Assembly (NCBI GenBank): GCA_049303555.1
Contig: JBAQNF010000025.1
Coordinates: 1-43,209, forward strand
DNA: 43,209 bases
Reading direction: 5' to 3'
DNA from: Candidatus Moraniibacteriota bacterium
GTDB lineage: Bacteria; Patescibacteriota; Minisyncoccia; Moranbacterales; UBA1568
Below the pieces are notes generated by a model. That model did not search any database, had not been told where the DNA came from, and saw only the letters and a list, made by a program, of their open reading frames with translations. The first letter of the stretch is position 1. Each line of letters opens with the position of its first letter. Below are positions 37,301-43,209 of this stretch, piece after piece. A program made the position numbers and the translations under genes.

Positions 37301-37832
37301 TGGGACGGATGACTATGTCGATGCTGGGGATATCGCTTCCGCTGACGGTGGCACGGCACTGACCTATGCCGCGTGGGTCTATCAGGATAGTCTTGCCGTG
37401 AATAAAGCTATAACTGCCAAGTGGACATACCAGACTCAGGGTAGTTGGGCTATTCAAACTGATTTTACAACCAATACCAAGCTTCAGGTTTTCATACCAA
37501 CCAGTCTCACGGATAGTGGCAGTGGAGCCAGCGCCACCACGCCAACCAGTTCCTGGTCAGCTGGCGTATGGCATCACGTGGTTTTTATTTATGATGGCAG
37601 TCAGGGAACTGATACGAATCGACTGCAAGTATATATCGATGGGATTTCACAGACGCTCACATTCGTTGGAACTATGCCTACGTCTATGCAGGCATCTACA
37701 GCTGCAGTGAAAATTGGACAGTTTGGGGGTACGTTGAATCGTCCTTGGAATGGCAAGATTGACGAAGTTCGCATCTACAACCGAGCCCTCACCGCCGCCG
37801 AAATCGCCGCCCTCTATAACTCCTCCCGCTAA
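34335..37832 (+). CDS. membrane-anchored protein with five LamG (concanavalin A-like lectin, Laminin_G_3-type) domains
   Basis: N-terminal TM WLGIILILAVFAGAYWYF. There are five modules. Each opens with GL(V/A/K)G(L/Y)W.(F/L/M).(G/E).. and ..G(Q/S/G)A(L/V).FDG.DD. Each closes with (I/L)DE(V/F/A)R(I/M/F)Y(N/D)R(A/P)L(S/T)..E(I/V)..LY. Confidence 0.85.
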   Translation: MSYDVTKSRIFQWLGIILILAVFAGAYWYFKVYGSTLNAPQNDLNTNGLVGLWSFNGDDISGVTAYDRSGQGNNGTLTSGPTATQGKVGQALSFDGADDSVSITGDIIGTGADSVCAWVYPRSVGENSYGRILSGAIEKFIFIIDFSSKFALLSDGSTAIYSPTISLNRWTFACATRDAAGAGVIYMDGVAVSSGSTGTPASNGATTYIGNRSTGDRTFDGSIDEVRIYNRALSAGEIQSLYTQGSGTKVDSAVSQPQGTGRLDSGLAGYWKLDDGSGTSITNSATIGGTTSLTGTPSWTTGQIGSAVDFDGVDDTAAVTYNTAFTSSNALTYSFWAKPDLNEGNGILGSLNGENGSAYNFIIIDNNGAQLGTPLISLLRNIGGTATRSVQFTYPVSTWFHYTYTYDGANERVYINGAQAGEWAQTGSFASNTEYGLVFGRAHTTAIQYYDGALDEVRMYNRPLSSDEVSQLYRLTAPTSVDTGLKGYWSFNGKDVSGTTAYDRSGAGNTGTLTNGPTVTDGKVGQALSFDGADDYVNIPDSTALDIGDTDDLTLTGWFYRDTSTTEDTIVAKRNGLTSPYVGYIAYLDAANDELTFEVSDGVDEYSLTSVSTFTTTGWHQYAIVWDQASATNSDIYIDGVANGATDTGTIGNIGDLSNALVLAQGAESDANNPFDGRLDEFRFYNRALTATEIQSLYALGGGTKVNSSISQNQGTGRIDSGLAGYWAMDEGSGTSATDASTNGNTGTLTNGPTWTTGQVGGAVTFDGTDDYIDVGTAGLTSPTKLSGAAWIKIDDVVFAESYNFFSNRSASNHGWTFGTSGGAANCSGVDCDMLRFTIQGVASYSTTDRLIIEGQWTHVAFTWNGSSVSLYVNGRVVQTFSTGSMITGSNLLLGVQGPSPGVAGMFMDGLIDEARIYDRALSADEVEQLYLLTAPTGVDTGLKGYWSFNGKDVSGTTAYDRSGVGNTGTLTNGPAITEGQLGQALNFDGTDDYVDAGDIASADGGTALTYAAWVYQDSLAVNKAITAKWTYQTQGSWAIQTDFTTNTKLQVFIPTSLTDSGSGASATTPTSSWSAGVWHHVVFIYDGSQGTDTNRLQVYIDGISQTLTFVGTMPTSMQASTAAVKIGQFGGTLNRPWNGKIDEVRIYNRALTAAEIAALYNSSR

Positions 37833-37844
37833 ATATCTCTCCAA

Positions 37845-37875
37845 CAAGCCAATATACAGCGGTTCAACCCCTGTA
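37845..37875 (+). repeat. REP-like hairpin, left copy
   Basis: The core TACAGCGG-TTCAA-CCCCTGTA forms an 8-position stem with one C-C mismatch. Confidence 0.9.
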
Positions 37876-37885
37876 AGATACTCAT

Positions 37886-38533
37886 ATGTCAACGAGAAAA
37901 ACACCACTGGTGACAGGGGAAATCTATCACGTTTACAATCGTGGCGTAGACAAAAGAAGTATCGTTGGAGATGAATTCGACAGCGAAAGGTTTTTGAAGA
38001 GTATGGTTGCTTTTAATACCGGGTGTCCGGTATTGAGTCTACGTAACGCTGAACTCATCTACAGCGGTTCAACCCCTGTAGATCCTTTGGTGGAAGTTAT
38101 CGCTTATTGCTTAAATCCCAATCATTTTCATCTGATTCTACGGCAGACAGTGGACGGCGGTGTGAGTGAATTTATGAAGCGATTGTCGGGAGGATACACG
38201 TGGTATTTCAATAACAAATATGAACGAAGTGGAAGTTTGTTTCAAGGAAGATATAAATCGGTGCATGTTGATACTAATGAGTATCTTCTTCAGCTGAGTG
38301 TTTATGTTACGCTGAATTTTCGTGCGCATGACTATGAGAGTTCGATTGATATGAATTTGATTCGTTCGAGTTGGGATGAGTATTCCCGAAAAATCAAACG
38401 ACCTTTTTGTAAAAAAGATGAGATACTTGGGCAATTTCGAAATAAAAAAGAGTATGTTAGATTTGCTGAACAAACAATTATAGGAATTCGAGGAAGAAAA
38501 GTATTGGGTCAAGAGCTTGGTTCAATCGAATAG
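37886..38533 (+). CDS. REP-associated tyrosine transposase / IS200-like Y1 (HUH) transposase family protein
   Basis: YHVYNRG, the AYCLNPNHFHLIL HUH motif, and YFNNKYERSGSLFQGRYKS are typical of COG1943/PF01797 RayT-like proteins. Confidence 0.85.
   Translation: MSTRKTPLVTGEIYHVYNRGVDKRSIVGDEFDSERFLKSMVAFNTGCPVLSLRNAELIYSGSTPVDPLVEVIAYCLNPNHFHLILRQTVDGGVSEFMKRLSGGYTWYFNNKYERSGSLFQGRYKSVHVDTNEYLLQLSVYVTLNFRAHDYESSIDMNLIRSSWDEYSRKIKRPFCKKDEILGQFRNKKEYVRFAEQTIIGIRGRKVLGQELGSIE
38060..38080 (+). repeat. REP-like hairpin, internal copy inside the RAYT CDS
   Basis: TACAGCGGTTCAACCCCTGTA is identical to the core of the left copy, is in the same orientation, and encodes YSGSTPV in frame. Confidence 0.9.
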
Positions 38534-38536
38534 TTC

Positions 38537-38567
38537 TACAGGGGTTGAACCGCTGTATATTGGCTTG
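38537..38567 (-). repeat. REP-like hairpin, right (inverted) copy
   Basis: Exact reverse complement of 37845-37875. It ends 11 nt before the convergent manC stop. Confidence 0.9.
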
Positions 38568-38578
38568 GAACAGCCACT

Positions 38579-39679
38579 CTAGAGGAGGTCTTGGCGGCCG
38601 GTTTCTTTCAGTGTTTCCACGAGTTTTTTGATATCTCCTGAGACGCGGTCACGGCGCGCAACGAGCAGCGCATCTGGTGTGTCGATGATAATCAGATCTT
38701 CGACACCGATCGTAGCGATGAGACGTTTTTCGCCATGAACCAAGAGGTGACTGCTCCCGATATCGATATGTGTACCCGAAACAACGGAATCCGTTTCAGA
38801 TTTTTCGTGGAGAAATTCATAGAGTGTTTCCCAGTTGCCGACATCACTCCAACGAAGTGCGCTGGGAACGACCAGGCGCTTGTCGGATGAAAGCTTTTCG
38901 ACGATGAGCGGCTCGATCGGTACACTCTCTGTTTTTTCATAGAGTGCGGTGAGCGTGTCCATATCGAACGCATCTCCATTTTTTGCTGCGGCGATTTCAT
39001 CCATCACTTCATGAAGCGCTGGTGCAAATTCTTGTGTCCATTCAGAAAAAGTTTGGACAGAAAAAATAAAGTAACCGGCATTCCAGAGATAGTCAAAGCT
39101 GCGGAGGTAGACCTCGGCTGTTGCTCGGTCCGGTTTTTCTTTGAAGGTATCGACAGTGAAAACACGCTTCTCTTCAATAGTGGCAAATTCTTGTCCCATC
39201 TTGATATACCCCAGTCCGGTATCGGGCTTGGTGGGGTTGATGCCGATGGTGACCAGCTTGTCCGGATAGGTGGCTACCACGGAGAGCGCGGCATGGATGG
39301 TGGCACTAAATTCATCGGGATTTTCGATAGCGTGATCTGATGCGATGGTGGCGACGATGGCCTCTGGATCGAGCATCCGGATGGTCGTAGACACGAGTGC
39401 GATAGCGGGAGCGGTATTTCTCGCCTGTGGCTCAACGATGATGTTTTCTGGCTTTATTTGAGGGATTTTTTCGAGAACAAGGTCTCGGTATTGTTCGGTG
39501 GTTGAGACAAAAATATGGTCTTCGGAGACGATATTTTTCACCCGGTCGTAGGTCTCTTCAATCATGGTTTTCGAAGAGACAAATGACTGAAATTGTTTGG
39601 GTTTTTCTTGTCGGGAAAGTGGCCACAAACGGGTGCCGGAACCGCCCGCCATGATGACGATGTACGCGTGTGATGACAT
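38579..39679 (-). CDS. manC: mannose-1-phosphate guanylyltransferase (nucleotidyltransferase domain only)
   Basis: IVIMAGGSGTRLWPLSRQEKPKQF signature; 366 aa with no C-terminal isomerase/cupin extension. Confidence 0.85.
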   Translation of the reverse strand: MSSHAYIVIMAGGSGTRLWPLSRQEKPKQFQSFVSSKTMIEETYDRVKNIVSEDHIFVSTTEQYRDLVLEKIPQIKPENIIVEPQARNTAPAIALVSTTIRMLDPEAIVATIASDHAIENPDEFSATIHAALSVVATYPDKLVTIGINPTKPDTGLGYIKMGQEFATIEEKRVFTVDTFKEKPDRATAEVYLRSFDYLWNAGYFIFSVQTFSEWTQEFAPALHEVMDEIAAAKNGDAFDMDTLTALYEKTESVPIEPLIVEKLSSDKRLVVPSALRWSDVGNWETLYEFLHEKSETDSVVSGTHIDIGSSHLLVHGEKRLIATIGVEDLIIIDTPDALLVARRDRVSGDIKKLVETLKETGRQDLL

Positions 39680-39733
39680 AAAGTTTTACTCACTTTTTAA
39701 TGTTCGATTTTTCAAGAATCGAAGACATTTTGT

Positions 39734-39762
39734 AGTATAGATACTGAAACGTAAAAGAGCAA
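39734..39762 (-). promoter_or_regulatory. promoter-like element TTGCTC-17-TATACT on the minus strand (manC)
   Basis: The reverse complement of 39734-39762 gives the two hexamers with a 17-nt spacer. Confidence 0.45.
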
Positions 39763-39921
39763 TTTTTAACCGTGAGAATTGTCGGAGTTTTAGAAGGAGA
39801 AAGAGCGGTGGATAACTCTCTTTTTTGGCTTCCTTGCATGGTAATTTTATGGTATATTTTATATAAGTAAAACAAAGAAAAAAACTCGCGTTTACAACGT
39901 GCGTACGACATAAAAGTATTT

Positions 39922-40635
39922 ATGGCTGAAGGGGAAACTTCTGAAATATTCGCCCCCGTTCCGCGGAAGAATTTTTTCCAAAAAATCGGGTGGAAAAATA
40001 TCGTGATTTTCATCATCATCTTACTTCTCTTGGGGGTAGGGGGGTATGTTTTTTTTGGGAGAAATTCTTCTTCGCAGGACACAGTGGTTTCCGGCGAGAG
40101 TGATACTGCCCAGATCGAAAAATCTACCGTGCTCAAAGAGAGTACGCCTGATACGGCTTCTGTGCAGACACCCCTTTTTGGCGATGCTAACTACCAGAGC
40201 GAAAACTATCGAGTAGGAGATATTTCTATTGGCGGTGAGGCTGAGTTTTTGTTGAGCGAGGATAATCCAGAGCCCCTGGAAGTGAGCTCGATTCGAGGTG
40301 AGGCCTTTACTGAAAAGAACAAGCAGGAGGTCAAGCTCGTAGTGAACTGGCGCACCAACAAATTGGCTCAATCGACTATTTCGTATTCCAAGGGTGTCGG
40401 ACAAGCCAAAAAAAGCATCGAAGAAGAGGACTACAGTCTGAACCACAGCGTGATTATTCCGGGGCTAGACCAGGCTTCTACCTACGTGTATGAGATTACC
40501 TCGAGCGACCGTTTTGGAAATGAAATCACGAGTGAATCGCATGCGGTATACACTGGTTCGAGGACGGTCTCACTGTTCGATCTGATTGCCAATGCCGTAG
40601 GAGAGGTTTTTGGCTGGGCAGTCACGAAAAAATGA
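39922..40635 (+). CDS. membrane-anchored protein with a C-terminal Fn3-like beta-sandwich (tentative)
   Basis: TM IVIFIIILLLLGVGGYVFF. The C-terminal segment STISYSKG...HSVIIPGLDQASTYVYEITSSDRFGN resembles Fn3 / purple acid phosphatase N-terminal-like domains. Confidence 0.5.
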   Translation: MAEGETSEIFAPVPRKNFFQKIGWKNIVIFIIILLLLGVGGYVFFGRNSSSQDTVVSGESDTAQIEKSTVLKESTPDTASVQTPLFGDANYQSENYRVGDISIGGEAEFLLSEDNPEPLEVSSIRGEAFTEKNKQEVKLVVNWRTNKLAQSTISYSKGVGQAKKSIEEEDYSLNHSVIIPGLDQASTYVYEITSSDRFGNEITSESHAVYTGSRTVSLFDLIANAVGEVFGWAVTKK

Positions 40636-40692
40636 CTTTTGAAATATGAAAGAATATGGTAAAATTAACAGAGTGTTCAGTGTAAGAAGTAC

Positions 40693-43209
40693 ATGTCGTT
40701 ATATGTAAAAAATAAAAATAAAACAGCATTATATTCCCTGATTTCCGCGATAGCGGTAGGGACTCTCGTACTAGGGTGGTTTGATCTACGACCTAGTTTT
40801 GCGCAGTCTACCGTCAATGAAATCGAGCAAATTAACCTCTCGGCGTCGCTTTTCAACAACGAAAACCACATCATCACCAATGGTACCTATCCAGTACGTT
40901 TTGCGATTTATTCGACCAACCGTACTACGGCTGATGCATATCCGTCGAATGCTGACGCCGGAACAAGGCTGTGGGAGGAAACACAGGATGTGACGGTCAA
41001 GGGCGGAATGTTCCGCGTGTTCCTTGGGGCGATCACTCCGCTCCCAGCCAGTCTGGATTTTGAAACCGGTGGGTACTATGTCGGTATCCGTATCGGCAAT
41101 GATTCGGAAATGATCCCGCGCAAGAAACTCGGGTCAGTGCCGCGGGCTATCAATTCTCAGTACTTGCGTGGCAAAACTATCGGCACCAAGCAAGGTGAGA
41201 TTCCTGTGCTCGGGAAGAGCGGCAAGATTGATATCAAGAATCTGCCAACGGGTACCAGCGGTAAGAAGCTTTTTCTCGCGAATGATTCTCGACTGGGTGA
41301 TATTCATCAGCAAAATACCGATCTCGGCACTGACTCGGAAATTTTCAACATCGGATCAGGGACAGCGATCTCTGGAACAAACTTTGATTTGACGGTATCG
41401 AGTTCTGCGACGCCACCGGCACTCCGTTTCAATGGGACGACTCAGGCGTGGCAGTTTTCAAACAATGGCACGACCTTTTCGGATATTTCAAGTGGGAGTG
41501 GGGGTATCACTGGAACAGGCACCAATGGCTATGTGGCTTACTGGACTGGGACGAGCACGCTCGGTGCTGAAGCGACGCTCTCGGTCAGCCGCGGAGGGAC
41601 TGGGGCAAGCTCGCTTGCTGACCTGATCACGCTCGGGACACACACGACAGGAAACTATGTCGCCGATATCACAGCAGGGAATGGACTGTCTGGCACTGTG
41701 GCAAGTGAGGGAGGAAGCGCTTCTTTGGCTGTTGATCTTTTGACGGCGGCTGATGGGACAGGAGCCACTTCATCAAATTCAGGGTTGGAATTTGCTGGTG
41801 CATCATCGGATCAACTGGGGCTCTTGCAAGGGTGTGCCAACGGTCAGGCATTGGCCTGGAATGACACGACCAATGTCTGGGAATGCACCAGTTTTTCAGC
41901 TGGTTTGAGCGGTACGGGTACGACTGGATACGCCACTTTCTGGAGCGGGGTATCATCACTCGGATCAGAGCAGTACCTCGATGAAGTGCGTGGTGGTACT
42001 GGTGTTGATGGCTCCCTCGCCGCCAACGGCTCCCTCTTGATCGGTAATGGTTCGGGTTATACGCTCGCTACACTTTCATCGAGTACCAACGGTTTGACAG
42101 TCACCAATGGTGCCGGTTCGATTACTCTGGCTCTTGATGTGACGACGAGTGGAACGACGGTGAATACCTCTTCCAACTCTGGTTTGGAAATTGCTTCTGA
42201 TGGTTTGCGTCTCATCGGCGGTTGTAGTAACGACCAGGTGTTGGCCTGGAGCACGGGGACAAGTACCTGGGTGTGTTCCAACAAAAGCGGTGGGACCAGT
42301 GACTGGACCAGCACGGGCGCGTTGACGTATCTGACCGATGTGACTGATGACTTGATCATTGGCGGTTCTGCTGTGGATGAAGGATTTTCTTTTGATGTTT
42401 CTGCAAGTACGCTTGCTTTTGAGGGAGTAACTGCTAATGGTTTTGAAACCTTTCTCGCTGTCACTGATCCAACAGCTGATCGGACAATTACGTTTCCGAA
42501 TAGTACGGGTACCGTCGCCCTTACCTCTGACCTCCACAGTGCGGTCACTCTCTCTGGTACTCCTGATTACATCACGCTGGTTGGACAAGACATCGTCAGA
42601 GGTTTGATTGATCTGACGACCGATGTCACCGGTATATTGCCAGCTACCAATGGTGGTACGGGAGTCAATGGTTCCGCTGCTGCCAACGGCACCCTCCTCA
42701 TCGGCAACGGCACGGGCTATACACTGACTACCATCACCGATGGTGCGGGGATCACTGTCACGGAAGGGGTTGGTACGATTACCATTGCCTCTACTCTTGG
42801 AACAAGTGTGGATCTAGCCTCTGAAGTCACTGGCACCCTCCCAGTAGGCAACGGTGGTACCGGTGCGACTACCTTCACTACCAACGGTGTCCTGTATGGC
42901 AATACTGCTAGCGCTCTCCAGGTCACTGCTGCCGGTACCTCTGCCCAGTTCTTGGTGGCCAATGGTACTGGTATCCCGACGTTTGTTTCGATGAGTAGCG
43001 ACGCGACACTGGCCAATACCGGAGCCATCACCATTGCCGCTGATGCGGTCGCTCTCACCACTGATACCACTGGCAACTACGTCGCTACCATCACCGCTGG
43101 TTCTGGTATCTCTGGATCATCCAGTAGCGAAGGGGGAACGCCGACCATTGCCCTTGGTGCTCTGACCGCTGACTGGAATCAGACCGGTGCCTTTGATATT
43201 GCCCTCAAC
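40693..43209 (+). CDS. giant secreted/anchored fibrous repeat protein, 5' partial (runs off the window)
   Basis: My manual frame-1 translation from the ATG at 40693 found no stop before the window end (839 codons). It is absent from the ORF track because it has no stop. The N-terminus is MSLYVKNKNKTALYSLISAIAVGTLVLGWF...AQS (signal/anchor). Recurrent motifs are (R/N)GGTG(A/V) and G(N/S)G(T/S)GYTL. Two GC.N.Q.LAW...T..W.C modules are present. The long minus-strand ORFs here are shadow ORFs. Confidence 0.8.
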   Translation, partial: MSLYVKNKNKTALYSLISAIAVGTLVLGWFDLRPSFAQSTVNEIEQINLSASLFNNENHIITNGTYPVRFAIYSTNRTTADAYPSNADAGTRLWEETQDVTVKGGMFRVFLGAITPLPASLDFETGGYYVGIRIGNDSEMIPRKKLGSVPRAINSQYLRGKTIGTKQGEIPVLGKSGKIDIKNLPTGTSGKKLFLANDSRLGDIHQQNTDLGTDSEIFNIGSGTAISGTNFDLTVSSSATPPALRFNGTTQAWQFSNNGTTFSDISSGSGGITGTGTNGYVAYWTGTSTLGAEATLSVSRGGTGASSLADLITLGTHTTGNYVADITAGNGLSGTVASEGGSASLAVDLLTAADGTGATSSNSGLEFAGASSDQLGLLQGCANGQALAWNDTTNVWECTSFSAGLSGTGTTGYATFWSGVSSLGSEQYLDEVRGGTGVDGSLAANGSLLIGNGSGYTLATLSSSTNGLTVTNGAGSITLALDVTTSGTTVNTSSNSGLEIASDGLRLIGGCSNDQVLAWSTGTSTWVCSNKSGGTSDWTSTGALTYLTDVTDDLIIGGSAVDEGFSFDVSASTLAFEGVTANGFETFLAVTDPTADRTITFPNSTGTVALTSDLHSAVTLSGTPDYITLVGQDIVRGLIDLTTDVTGILPATNGGTGVNGSAAANGTLLIGNGTGYTLTTITDGAGITVTEGVGTITIASTLGTSVDLASEVTGTLPVGNGGTGATTFTTNGVLYGNTASALQVTAAGTSAQFLVANGTGIPTFVSMSSDATLANTGAITIAADAVALTTDTTGNYVATITAGSGISGSSSSEGGTPTIALGALTADWNQTGAFDIALN

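Larger units (their letters stand above)
37845..38567 (+). mobile_element. RAYT (REP-associated tyrosine transposase) unit bounded by perfect 31-bp inverted repeats
   Basis: CAAGCCAATATACAGCGGTTCAACCCCTGTA (37845-37875) is the exact reverse complement of 38537-38567. A Y1/HUH transposase-like ORF lies between them. Confidence 0.8.

Noticed and set aside
39690-40136. 148-aa minus-strand ORF overlapping the manC / 39922 divergent region.
   Set aside because: It spans an AT-rich promoter region and overlaps the start of the plus-strand membrane protein. No motifs were found. It is likely spurious.

Overview
Dense housekeeping segment, almost all on the + strand and read with the standard genetic code (TGA is used as a stop). 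The gene content plus giant LamG and fibrous surface proteins suggests a small-genome, Patescibacteria/CPR-like bacterium; this is inference only. Gene order: nrdG; a T-box (Ile) leader in front of NUDIX-ileS-P-loop kinase; recO; a membrane-anchored repeat protein; tgt; glyQS; an AT-rich membrane protein; an M16 peptidase; an AI-2E permease; rsmI; metG-NUDIX-tatD; three orphan genes; a complete F1Fo ATP synthase operon (atpBEFHAGDC); leuS; a GIY-YIG cassette; a DEDDh exonuclease; uppP; folD; tRNA-Leu(CAA); parA-parB; a 5x LamG protein; a RAYT/REP element; manC; an Fn3-like protein; and the first 839 codons of a giant secreted fibrous protein that runs off the window and so is missing from the ORF track. 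Main second-look items: (1) degenerate 7-nt (heptad) phased repeat arrays fill several 5' leaders and end 6-7 nt before start codons, and one copy sits in-frame inside tgt. (2) A T-box riboswitch with a short Stem I and an AUC specifier. (3) A RAYT gene bracketed by perfect 31-bp inverted REP hairpins, with a third REP copy inside its own CDS. (4) A 352-bp GIY-YIG cassette flanked by inverted hairpins carrying a compensatory stem change. (5) Four small two-TM proteins on the opposite strand, three of them behind consensus or near-consensus promoters. No CRISPR array, rRNA or classical IS element was seen.
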